Of a DNA stretch of 64,000 bases, positions 47,301-60,299 are shown one piece after another. Source of the DNA: Paragordius varius. Its lineage: Eukaryota; Animalia; Nematomorpha. The stretch is taken from the NCBI GenBank assembly GCA_964247055.1, contig OZ176055.1, forward strand, positions 6,200,001 through 6,264,000, written 5' to 3'. Made by a program: the position numbers and the translations under genes. Under the pieces are notes generated by a model. That model worked only from the letters and a program-made list of their open reading frames with translations. It searched no databases and had not been told where the DNA came from. Positions within the stretch are counted from its first letter, which is position 1; every line of letters starts with the position of its first letter.

Positions 47301-50300
47301 ATGAATCTTAAACGAAACCTCCATACATTTATTCTGTTATTCCTAAATTATTGGGTATTGTTGACCGCACAAATAGTAAAAAGTTTTCTGCCCCAACCCT
47401 TATTCCATTATACGGATGTGCTGAAAAAAGGTATTATCGTTTACCTTATTTTATATATTTTAAGATTTAATTAACGGACCAAAAATTCCCTCTCAATGAA
47501 TAAAACTATTTAATTTGTACCATGGATTTTTGAATACCACCGACAATACTTAAACATACTAAAAAACCAAAAATTTCTAAAATTATATGCTACATAATTC
47601 AATCATATATATAAGTTTTAGCATATTTTAACTTACTTTTAATATGTTCACCGATTTTCCGTCATTTTAACATATATTTAGCTAAACCCCAAAACGTTTT
47701 TTGATTTTTTAAAATGAGTATAGAGCTATTTCAGAATCGTTTTACAAATATATGATAAAGGTCTGACAAGGTTAAGAATGAAACAATAAGAAAAAAATTT
47801 AATACGGAGATTCACTTAATGGAAGCTATAATAAAAAGAAAGTTCACGTACATTGGTCACATTTTAGGAAGTACAATACATCTCTTGAGAAGAATTTGAT
47901 TTTTGGAAGAGATGAAGGGAAAAGAAAAAAGGAAGACCGATGTTAAGATGGTTAGATACTGTAAAGAAGGAATCTGGTAGATGTATAAGGGAATCAAAAG
48001 AAATAACATGGGAAAGAGACAAGTAGACAGAACTAGTCATTTTAATTTCCAAGGGGTCGAATTCGACCTAAGGAATTACCTACCTACCCTAAGCGTTAAT
48101 TTCACATTTAAAGTTATAGTCCTAATAAGTGTTAATTAAACTGCGACTAGTTAGTTATGAAAGTTTTTTATGCATTTCGACGACTAATTTTATGGGTACC
48201 ACTGGTTTGTATGCTGAAAACCAGTTGTTTTTTACACATATGGTTTTTTGCATTTGTTTCTTTTGCGTTTAAATCCCAATTCTTCGGGATTTAGCCATTC
48301 CATCAAATTCCAATAGTCTCCGAAATTGAAGGTAGTTATAAAATAAGAGGACGCCTATTATCGTAGCAACTGATTATCTGGTGGAGTATAACAGTAATCG
48401 AGTGTTATAAAAACTAGGTCGCCCTACTCCTTTGATAAATTGTTCCATATATTGAAAAAATTTGGATACTCAAATGAGAATATTCAAATTAACCCAATAA
48501 ATATCTTTTAGATAGGAAAAAATATTAAATAAAAATCCCTAAATACATGTTCATATCTATATCGAAAATTTGTAATAGACATAATGCTAAGCTGTACACA
48601 TGAACAAATAAATATTACCTTCGAATTTACTCAACCTTACAGTGGCTTTGTGTTTCCAGAAGATTTTTATTATCGGCAAAACTGTTTACGACATTTTAGT
48701 GCCGAAACAACTTTCACCTATCAACTCTCAACCAATGAATGTGGTACTGAATATCAAGTAAATAAATTATTGGATTTCAAACCGTTGACTATATATATAT
48801 ACCATTTAACCTCAAAAACCTTGTACATTCCAAATTCACTTAAAAAATAAATTATGCTATTTTAGGCTTATTTAACTATAAGAAAAATATTTCTTAGAGC
48901 TTGGTTTATTATTTATTATGTATTATGTCAATTTTTGAAAATACTAAAAAATATACTTTAGATATTTATTAACACATAATTTTTATCGGGTGAATTTGTA
49001 ATGGAGTGTATTCGAAATGTTCAAGAATTTGGTGTATAAAAAAATTTAATTTTTTTATATATGTTATATTAGAACAATACCTTTAAAAATGTGATATATG
49101 TGCTTAAAAACGCAAGTTTTATCAGCCATGAAGATTTTATTTTTGAATTTTCTTGTGAACCAACTGAAACATTTCCATCCTTTATGCCCACCTACAATCC
49201 TGCTATACAATCTGAAACAAAACGCAACAAAAGGTAAATTAAAGAGTTAACTATTCACTTTTTATATAAATTATTGAAGGAAGAAATTTTGTTTTTTTCA
49301 TCAATAATAAAAACACTTGAAATTTATGTTTTCTCCTTAAGATCCATATTTATATTTTAATAAAATGAAGTATTTGCGATTTGTCGTTTTTCTACAAATA
49401 TGTTAAAAAATACGTGAACCAATCAAAATGAGATAATTTTGCGCTAACTTTCATAATGTTTACTGAGTTTTTGGAAAAAAAAATTAAATTATATAACTTT
49501 TTAACTTCAAGCATTAGATATCGATTCAAACGCAAAGTGGACCCTAAGTCCCCGACTTTAACCGTCAATTCTTTAATGGAATTGGCTCAAGTATTGCCTA
49601 ATATGTTTGGAAAAAAGGGAAAAAATAGTACCACAGTAAACACCACTGCTGGTAGCCACTCTAATAGGGCAAATCACAAAATTAACATTCCGAATGGAAT
49701 GAAAAATGCCTTCCCCAAATTAACCTACAAATTGGTAGAAGGAACTGACCCGGAAAGCTCAGAAACTCTTGATCTCCAACTGAGTCAAATAGCATCTGTT
49801 GTTGCTCTTATGGATGATAAACATTGTGAGCTAATATATATATTATATACAAGCAAATTTTCAAAAATAACCGTATATATGCTAAATACTTATAACAATA
49901 ATTAATAAATACAGCTAAGACTGGGCCTGACCGATTATGAATGCATTAAATGGTGACTGTCACCAGTAATAAGCATTCAATTTTACAAACATATGTTGTT
50001 TAGGTGATATAAATAAAAAACAATAATCATTAAATTTATAGTTGGAAATCGTAACATTTTATTCGTTTATATTTGTTTCTCATTAAAATGTTCACTTGAA
50101 TAGAAGCAATCAAGGTTATTAAAACATATATTTTTAAATGTGGTAAATGCTTGACATAATCTGATTAAATTCCTGCATTTGGACCAGTATTAGTTTTAAA
50201 TAGGTCAAAAGCCCGACCCTTGATGCTTAATAAAAGTTTGGCCTCGTAAATTTATACTTTAAAAGTAATTTTTATCAAAATTGTTTAAATATTTTATCAT

Positions 50301-53300
50301 CAACCTTTTTCTAATTCTAATAGCATTATCATTTATAACGCTTCCTGTATTCATTGTATTCAATTTTTTTATCATTCCTTACGAGAACAATCAGAATGAC
50401 AATTTAAATTTTTGTATTCAAAGACTGTAATTAAATAATATAATACATACGGATAAATTGATTAAAATACTTTTTTCATATACATACCCAATCTAGCTTT
50501 ATATGATTATTATCTCTCCAATTGCATCCTCTCATCCACGAATATAAGGGAACCAAAGAATGCTACACTCAACAATACTTTGGTTCAAACTGGTTCTGAA
50601 TTCGTTTATTCAAAATTATTGATTAACCAAAATGGCTGTTCAGTCATACCCGGTTTGGTGGGAGAACAAAGATTTGCAATATTGCCTTCTGGCCAGCGGG
50701 CCGCATTTTTTTCTTTCAGAACTTTTAGGTTCCCCAAATTTGGATATCGATCTAAATCCAAGGCCATTTATGGAGGGAATCACAATAATAAAAATTATAA
50801 TAATAAAGATAAAGATAATAAAGAGGTAAACTTCGAAAAAACGGCACTAAAATTAACCTGTGATGTCCAAATGTGTTTCCATCGATGCATAAGAGTATAT
50901 ATTTACTTGCATTTTGTAGAAAGACAAAATTTCAACAACTCATATCTTATATCATTTTTAAGGGTAAATTAATAAAAAAATATTAAGCATCATTTTTTTG
51001 CCTGACAATATTTGTTTATAAACTATTTGAATGTTTCAAAAATTTACCATAATTTTGCTATTATTAGTTGAACTTAACCGAATTCATCTCTATAGAGCAC
51101 AATATTTTAGTCTTTTCATTAGATAATATATATATATATATATTTTATAATCCACCTTATACGATTTACAGAGCGCTTGTTACAAAAAGTTCCGTAGCAA
51201 AAGGCAAGATGATATAGTCCAAACTATTGAAGCATTTGGTGAAAATATGAATGAAGAGGATACTTTTAGCTTTGCCTCTAAAAATGGCTTTAATAATCCC
51301 AGAGAAAACCATGGTAATTTTGAGGAACCAGCGATATTCAATTTCGCTAAAAATTTTAACTATCGAACAAATCCTGAACTCAGTGTGGTTGACATTGCCC
51401 CAGAAACAATGCATGGAAACATAAAACCTATTTCACCATATTTTGTGGCACCTTTCAAAGATCAAACTATCAAAGTTAGTGAATGATTTTATGAATTTTT
51501 ATTTAAAAATTTTGTTATGTTTTTAAATAAATACAAGAGGACCCTTACCTAAACAACAATTGTGAGAAAAATATAATATGACGAGTTTATATTTTTTATG
51601 AGATTATTTATTTTATTTAGGAACGTTGCGATTAAACTGTTTCCTTTAGCAATTAATTTGTTTTTAACGACGATAATATCAAGTTTTGAAATGAAAACCT
51701 CTTAGAATAACTTTAAACAAACCTTTTTTAAGTGAAATTCAATAAATGTCATTAAATTTTAAAAATAGGATTAAAATAACTTTAGATGAATAAATTAGTT
51801 AGTAAATTTGGACGTCGATATCAATTTATATCGTTTAACATAAATTTATCATAATTTGTTTAATATAGGTTTCCGTCGGTTTCGGCGTACCAAATGATAA
51901 ACAAGCCAATAATTCTAAAATGCAATCTCCACCCGATTCCGAATTTTTACCTTCGTATGGTTATATTAACCCACGGAGACGACATCATCAAATGCAAATA
52001 GCTGAAAATAGTAATGGACCACAATGGAATGATATTCCAAATAATTATAATAATAATAATAACATGAGTCGTAGTAACATTATGAATATCAAAGCATATG
52101 AAAATACGCGAATACCATCTGAAGCCAATGTTGAATCACCTCAAGCACAAAATAATGATAAAACTAATAAGTATTGGGGTCATTTTGATCCTTTACTCCT
52201 GCCAGTCAATATGGGCGATATTGAAAGTGTATCAGCATCTACTACCACGCATAAGGTAGCCACTCAATTAACAACTCAAGCTCCCACAACTGGTGAAAGT
52301 GAACAAAGTTTGATGCCATACAATAGAAATGATAAAAATGTTAATGATAATATAACTCAAATGACGGAGAGAAGAGCTCCTTTCCGTAAATTTAGGAAAA
52401 GGGTTAGATTCCTTCAACGCCCTAGTATTGATATGTACGCAGCTTATGAAAAACTTACCGATATAAAAGAGCCACTTTCAACTCTATCCACAAATTATGC
52501 TTCTACTGTAGAAAATGTCCTATCAAAAGATGCCACCACACAATCAGAAGAACTGCTGATTAATATCAATTATAATATTACAACAGAAACATCAATAACA
52601 AACAGGGACCAATTTCAAAACGCAGACCAAGTTTTGAATGGTACGAAACATAGTTTCAATTTAAACAAAAAGGATGTGCGAGATAAACTTGAAGCACTCA
52701 AACTTAATAAGTTTTTTGACATCATGTCGATAGTGAATGAGACTATGGAACGAAAGGAAAAATTATCAACATTTGTTGATATCCCCTTAAACCAAAGTGC
52801 TGAACTTATTGATTCCCTCATGCAGCTTAGTGAAAATTCATTGAACAACAATACTTCCCAAACTATCACACGTGTATTGGGTGCAGAAAATTTAACTACC
52901 CAAACTAATACATTTAAAAACAATTTCGAATTTGACGAAAAAGTATCCAGACCCAAAATAAATACCAATGTTAGCGAAAGCCCGTTTCCCTTCAATACAT
53001 TTGGCAAACAGAATCCCATAAGGAACCAACATAATGTGTCGTCACATACCAATGTAAAGACTATAACTTCAAATATTTCTATCATACTTAACAGCACAAA
53101 TTTGCTTAAATTACATTTCTCCAAAGACTTTTATGTATCACCAACTAAAACAACCAAAATAGGTACCCATAAACTCCCGCCTAAACTTGCAAAAATCCAA
53201 AATAAATCAAATGGACAACCAGCGAGAGAAACCATAACATCAATAAGAAAAAAATCCTATTTGACCGGAACGTTATGTTTTAAAAAGACTACTTTTCTTA

Positions 53301-54175
53301 TAGCAATCGCTTGCATTTTATGTGGCATCCTCATTGTCACAAGTTTAGGCGGCTTAATAAAATTACAATATAGTTTAGAGAGGAAAGGAAGAAAGATAAT
53401 TAAAACGGCTTCGCAATCCGATCTATCAAGTTATGTATTTTAACTGTTTTTAATTTAAAAATATAAAATACATAAATTTGGCTGATGTGATATTTATTTT
53501 TTATCAAAGTAAACAATGAGTTAAACCAGGGGGGTTCAACACAAATGGCTTTGCGCGCCGCATTCGAAATATATATATGAACATTTATAAAATATAAAAC
53601 TGTAAAATGCAAATATAATATAACAATTTCCATTTCGTTGCCGATTGGAGAGACTAATTCAGAAATTTTTTGAAATTTTATTGGCGGCCGCCTATTGCAC
53701 CCTTGAGTTAAACACTAGTAAATTGACTGACTAAAATTTGTATGTTTAATCTATGATGTTCTTATACAATAATTAATATCTTTATTGTTTAGCACCTCCG
53801 AATATGCAATCGTACCCAGGAAGTTTAACCAATGTCGAAGGTATCAACCAACAAAATCCACACTGTGAAGATGGACGTGAACAAATCCAATTTAGAAATG
53901 GTGGTGGTCCCTACGAAGGATTTTGTCACGCGGGAAATAATAAAAATTACCAAATTAAAGTTATGAATAATAATACAAATAAAAGTAATCACAATAGTAG
54001 TTCGCAAAATGTATATAATTATCAACCAACAGCACTAAACTCGAATTCACACATTCACCCTTCGCATATGAGGCGAGTTTTGCCCAAAACTATAAATCAT
54101 TGGGATACCATTTACCCGCGAGGGATCGGGCCCATTGGCATTCCACATGCTAAGATTGTTCCAATCATATATTAA
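47301..54175 (+). CDS. Cuticlin-like ZP-domain type I membrane protein, 9 exons, ~1134 aa
   Basis: Exons 47301-47375 (donor uncertain), 48295-48331, 48579-48757, 49073-49233, 49518-49825, 50497-50894, 51172-51474, 51869-53429, 53793-54175 (3405 nt). IP..SEIEGDIMLSC..QINITFEFTQPYSGFV resembles CUT-1; ECGT, FSC (ZP-N); LINQNGC, FRTFRFP, LTCDVQMC..C (ZP-C); RSKR cleavage site; long N/S/T-rich stalk; TM FLIAIACILCGILIVTSLGGLI. Confidence 0.87.
47755..48040 (+). mobile_element. 3' end of an RTE/BovB-like LINE in ZP-gene intron 1
   Basis: DKVKNETIR..IIKRKFTYIGHIL, GKRKKGRPMLRWLDTV motifs typical of the RTE ORF C-terminus. Confidence 0.8.
53527..53705. mobile_element. hAT MITE in the last ZP intron
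   Basis: CAGGGGGGTTCAAC / ATTGCACCCTTG; perfect 8-bp TSD AGTTAAAC. Confidence 0.85.
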
Positions 54176-54752
54176 AAATGCATTTTTATTCTGCTTTTTA
54201 ATTGGATAAAATTAATAGGTTTTACACATTATCATCTTTTTATATCAAATAAATGCGTGTTACTAAGTTATCTCCTATGGAATGATATATATTTTTAATA
54301 AATGTGCATTTATTTCTCTTTTATCGCACAGTGTTATAAATGATTCCTTTAGCAAAGAAACCATTGCAACCTTTGTCAGAACTCAACATTAAAACTAAAA
54401 ATTGCAATCTATGGAGAAGTTTTATATACAATATTGTAAAAAGTCGACATCGACTGTAGCAAAACATCCATCCAGAAATTAGCCCTTCAAAGGGTCAAAA
54501 GTTTTCAAAATTTAAGACATTATAAAATATAAAGGTAAATCGGTGACCACAAGCTAGTCAGCATATCCCTGGAAGTAGCAAGCCAATTTGAATATTTATT
54601 TCAATAAAAGTATATAATAGGTTAATGAAACCACGAATCATCTTTTAATATTCCAAATTTTGCGACCTAAAGATATTTATCATAGCGAAAAGGGTCAAAA
54701 CGTAAATTAGACATCACCGGCTATCCGAATAAAATTTATGGGTCACGTTGCG

Positions 54753-55154
54753 CAGTTGGCGTACCGAGCGTTTGCGGCGCCCGGGGCAAAAATTTTTATG
54801 GCGCCCCTCCCACCCTTTTTTAAAAGCCAATAAAACAATTTAGTAAAAAAATACAAACGTTGTAACCCAAACACCATAGATAAGACAGCACAGTCATATA
54901 AATTTTAAATCTATAAAATATATATATTTATATGATACTAAATTTATTCAATGGTACTAATTAGGTGAATAATAGAGTATATATTATAGGGATTATTACC
55001 TAAATTGCTGAAAAATCTCATTTTAAAGTTCTTATTATTTTCGCATAATTAAAATTTATTTTAAAAAATCATTTAGGCGCCCCTAAATAACGGCGCCCGG
55101 GGCATGATGCACTTCCTTGCCCCCCCCCCCCCCCCCCCCCTCGGTACGCCCCTG
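54753..55154. mobile_element. GC-rich hAT (Tip100-like) MITE, young
   Basis: TIR CAGTTGGCGTACCGAG / CTCGGTACGCCCCTG; perfect TSD ACGTTGCG; repeated GGCGCCC(GGGG) motifs; C21 tract at 55120-55140. Confidence 0.85.
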
Positions 55155-55822
55155 ACGTTGCGCATAACTGTATTAAGTAGTTGGTTTTTTAAAAACGTTT
55201 TTTACGAATCAAATTGGCTAAAACTGTTAAAATCAATAGATAATGGTAATTTACATAATTTATAAGCCTGGATTTCAATAAGCCTTGACATTATAAATTA
55301 AAGCGTAAAAAATGGATAATTATTTTCGTTATGTGGTTTTAAAAAATGATTATTTTTGTCTAAAACGCTTAGTTTTTGTGCACTAGCTTCTTATCTTTTA
55401 TATTCAAAACATATGATTGACCCGTTCTATAGCTATAATGGATTTAAAATGAGCTTTTAAATAAAATTTATGGCAATCTAAATTATATTCTAAATCTTAT
55501 AATAGCTTCCTTATAAAAATTTAATATTTTTGATTAAAACATATTTTTTGTTTATCTTAGAAAGCGAATGGGTAGACTTACTGTTTTCACTCAAATAATG
55601 TGCAATAGCTAAATGTTTTTAGACAGAACACATGCTGTTTAATTTTACATTTCCAAACCCCCATGTAAAAATCTTCGAAATGTTGTATTTTGGATTAATT
55701 CAAAAAGATGTACTTTATTAAATTTTGTTAAGCTTGTAAATTATGTACTTTACTATTTACTATTGACCTACAAAGTTCTAGCCATTGTGTTTCAGAATCA
55801 TAATATTTGGCAAATATTATAA

Positions 55823-56146
55823 CAGTTGACTGCTAGAAATAGAGTTTAATATCGTTACATGCAAGGTGACCCCAGAATTATTTTTGGAATTCGGAAAGCT
55901 GAAGCTTCTCCATCCAAAAATACTAAAATTAGATATACTAAATTTTTAACCCTAAATTTGGCCCACTGTATGTTAACATATATATATATATTTCTGCCTG
56001 ATTTTTGTTTAACACCGAATTTCTCTCACAAATATATATATCGTTTTAACTTTAAGGAAATCATTATCAAAAATTTACCTATAATTAGTTCACTTTATTC
56101 AGATTTTATATTGAATACTTAGAGTTGAGTTTCTAGCAGTCAAAAA
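55823..56146. mobile_element. pogo/Tigger-like MITE (degenerate)
   Basis: TTGACTGCTAGAAA (55826) / TTTCTAGCAGTCAA (56143) inverted repeat; left end CAGTTGAC. Confidence 0.55.
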
Positions 56147-57145
56147 ATAAGCGGTCTCATCGCCAATGAATGAACTCCTTCATGGTCATTAGGTATTATC
56201 ATTGCCTTAAACGTAAAAGTATATATTGTTAATAGTACATCAAACATAATGAACTCAATCGTAGTCGATAAAATCGATTCAAATTGGAAAATTTAAATTT
56301 ATCATTTTATTAATTTTAGTGATTTAAAAAACAAAAAGCCATTACAGTCACAGTGAATGCATTACCAGTCATAGCCAACCATAATATTAATTTATTTTAT
56401 AGAACAAAAAATGGTACTTAATCGTCCGCATCTATACTTCTTCGGTTTTTGTGTAACCACGTAAATTTTTTGTAAACAAAAAAAATTAGATTTACCATTT
56501 CCGATTTCGTCAGCATTTATTTATTTCAACCTTTATTCAGTTCGCATTTAATTTAACCAAATAGGATAATAGAATTTCTACTACAGATTTTTAAGATATT
56601 AAAAATGATAAAAATTATGAAGATACATTTTTAAAAAATCTGACCGTTACTTTAAAAGATAATCCTTTTTAAGGATCCATATCTATTATGTTTCATTTTC
56701 TTTTAGGAATAAAATCAATAATTTAATGAACAGACTGGCCACCACACTCTGGTTAGACTAATGACCATTTTTATGGTTTTTTACAAAATTAGTAAAATAA
56801 AAATATCGGTAAAAAAATCAATTTCATTAGAGATACTTTTTGCGATTCATTTTTTATTAAGTTAATATATAGAATTTTTCGAAAATATACCCAAACATAA
56901 CTTGACAATGCGTCAATATTAAAGTGCGACATTAGTAATAGGTGATATAATTTTTATTCTCATAGATAAAGGTTGATTTAAACCATTTTAAGTGGAATAT
57001 GAAAAATATTTTATTTTTTTTTAATAATATAAATAACTGTTTAGATTAAAAAAAATTTCTAAACGATCCATAAATGTCTAGATTAGCTTTATACTTCGGC
57101 CGAATCAAAGGGTAGAATATACCTGCTTTCCAGTATAATTTAATA

Positions 57146-57480
57146 CAGCGATACTCAAACTGAGGCCCTAAAAGTGCTTTTTTATGGCCCTAAATTATTT
57201 ATTTAATTTTTTAATTTACTTATTTGGAGCATAACATCTGCAAATGTGTAAAACATAAAACATATATGAAAATTTTATATGTATTATGACTCTTGAGACA
57301 AGAAAAATATTTTTTTCACCCTTAAAAATATTTTGGTGAGTACAAATTCATAAAAATTGCTGGATTTCCTCGTTCTAAAATACTATTTTATATGGGTATG
57401 CGCTAACATTGGCAAAAAATTTCTTGATTTATATTGTTTTTTGCATATTAAAGGTGGCCGAATCTGCCGACAGATAGGTG
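57146..57480. mobile_element. Degenerate hAT MITE of the 9329-11764 family
   Basis: Left end CAGCGATACTCAAAC..GGCCC matches the right TIR region of the large element; right end not resolved. Confidence 0.4.
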
Positions 57481-58482
57481 AGATAAAAAATCTTACTTTT
57501 AAAGATTATTTATTTAAAATTTTCATTTTATTTTTTGAGCTCAATGACACATTGAGTTAGTTTTATATTCTAGAGCTAAACAATGTAAATAAACTACTGT
57601 CTGAAAAGTTATTTTAATTAAAATCTAATTATCAAACATTGTTTGTATAAGATAAGAATAAGCTTATATTTTTAAACTTTTGTACCTTTTAAAATCTAAA
57701 ATTCGGACGGCACCAAAACACGATCGAAATAAACAGCTGATTTTGAAATCAATAAATATCAAGTTTTGGCTGGTAAAATGTAACCTGAAAAATTTCCTAA
57801 AGTTAATTACATCTTCTAACCTAATCATATTTATCTGCCTGTTGTGTTAGCAAAAAAATTTATGGAAAAACGGGCGGCTGAAAAGTTTCTTAGGCAAAGT
57901 TAATAGTGTAGTTACTGATCCATCATCATAATAACGAATCTTTCTTATTATTATTCATTAATGTTATTCTATTTGTATAAGTATGTGGGTTTGTGTTTTA
58001 TTTATTTGTTATTATTGTCTTGTACCAGGAGTCTGATCGAAATAAATAAAAAATGGTTTTGTTCATAAAAATTGCAATGAGTGTTTGGTAACAAAAATTA
58101 TTGATCAGTTTTACACATATAAACCCCAATTTACAAATAAAATAATCATGCCTCGATAAAGAAGCTTTAAAAATTCAAAAATAATTAGTAATACTAAATT
58201 ATAGGTTTTCTCTTTTACTAGATATTAAATTTTTTTAAATATTTGAATTTATGATAATAACAGTGTTTGTATGAAAATCGAAAGTAAATTAAGACTGATA
58301 ACCACCAAAACTGACAATTACAATTTTTGATAAGATTGGATAATAAATTTTTTTCACGATTGATATCATAACACTAGACAACAAATTTTTCTGCCACTCG
58401 AGTTTTTTGCATTTTTTGATATTTAATATCATTTTAACAGTAAATCTGAAATAAAAATTATAACTCGTTGGAAGAATTTTGT

Positions 58483-59443
58483 ATAATTTGATTTTTTAGA
58501 TTATGCGCCCTCTTTATCAAAATTTTACTAAAAAATGTTTTTCTTTGAAAATATACAAGTAATGCCCATTTGTAATATATCATTCGAAAGAGTATTTAAA
58601 ACTCTATAAAATGTATACTAATATATATTATATCGACTGTTAATATTGGACACAAAGAGTGACAAACGCGCGAAGCGAGAGCATTTTTCTTAATTATTAT
58701 ATTTTTAAAACTAATGGATGAAAATAGCTCAAACTTTGTTTAGATGGAGATGAATGTCTAAAAAAGATAACACAAGAAAGTTTTTTTTATTAAAACATTT
58801 TTTATTGCTTTTATATCACTCAAACAGCCATTTTTAAGTTTTTTGTTTTTTAAAAATTACCATCTTATCAATATTAATTTATTTTCTTTACAAGGCTGAT
58901 AATTTCGGAAATTTAAAAATAATTTAAGGTATTTTTGATCTTTTATAGCCATTATGTAATAAATTTACAGCTATAACTATGCATTTTAGTATCCACTAGG
59001 TAAAATATTTATGATAATAATAATATTTATCATAAAAGCAAACCAAAAGCTTTTTCAAACATTTTTTCAAAATTAAATATTAAAATAACCCTAATAATTA
59101 TACTAAAATAATTTATATGATTTTCAAATTAGTTTGTCTGAGAAAATTTTTGACTTATTTAAGGATTGAAAATTTCGACCATTTAAATCCAAATAACTTT
59201 TACATCCGATTGATTTAAATGATGTACTACCATTTAAAAGATGTAGTTTTTTGCGCTCTTTCGAATGATATAAAATACATGGCTTCATATCTAAAACTTT
59301 AAATTTTTGAAATTTCGAGTTTAATGTTAAATCGGGGCTAGAAATTATCGATAAACTCTAATATATAAAAATTCTTCCATGTAAGACCAATTTTCTTTTC
59401 AGATATACTAATTATGTACTTTAATGAAATAAATTTCAAATTT
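58483..59443 (+). repeat. ~0.9-kb dispersed repeat, copy B
   Basis: Colinear with 5262-6178; contains CGCGCGAAGCGAGAG. Confidence 0.8.
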
Positions 59444-60299
59444 ACAAGAATGGCAGTTAAAAAAAGTTAAAATTTGTTGTCTAGTGTAATCAATCCGAAA
59501 ATATTAAAAATATTTTTGCAAATTAATTTTTTGTATACGAGGAGAATAATCGACGTTGAAATCATACTGTTTCTATATGTGCATGTTGGCAAAAGCTCCG
59601 TATTCAATATTGCTTAAACTTGGTAACGGATGACAAAAACTCTATAAATGTTTATTATAGGGAATCCCATGTCCTTAATATTTCTTTATTGGATCAAAAA
59701 TCGTATGTTACTATTTTTATTATAGCAAAAATTTTTTTGTTTTTTGTTATGGAAGGACTATAAATAATAATGGTGCTGGTTTAGCTTGCACCATCCTTTG
59801 ATACAAACATTATCTTTTATTTATTTGTTAAAGAAACTAACATATTTTCGCTAAATATTCAATTATATATTATTTCAAACAATTATCAAACATTTTACGC
59901 TTGCTGTATAATAGGTTTTTTATTTTTCCACTCTTATCGCCCTTGACGGCCAAAAACTTAATCATTTTTGGTGTTTTTGGTTAAAACATCCCTAATATTT
60001 TATGCATAAAATATGTTTTATATTTCCAACATTACAAACACAAAAACTTTATAAATTTTTATCTTTGTGTTTCACGATAACTTTGTCACATAGTGAATGA
60101 TCGGCTTATATACGTTTATCTGATTTAATGAGAGAAACCATTGCATAAAATTACAATAAAAAGTTAGGTGGAGCTATTTTCAGCATTTTTTCTACAATGA
60201 AGCTAATATCTCTCCATTATATAACTTAAAAATTGTTATAAGCATGAGCTAAAATAGTAGTACTTTTTGAATATATTTAGATAGAAGTGATAGAATTCA

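Noticed and set aside
51621-51710. Possible ZP exon after a TTTAG acceptor
   Set aside because: A stop occurs at the fifth codon in the required phase; 51474 splices in frame to 51869.
52615-53124. 169-aa antisense ORF
   Set aside because: It is the shadow of the long ZP exon 8.
55120-55140. C21 tract as a functional G-quadruplex element
   Set aside because: It is part of the MITE subterminal region, and homopolymer length may be a sequencing artefact.
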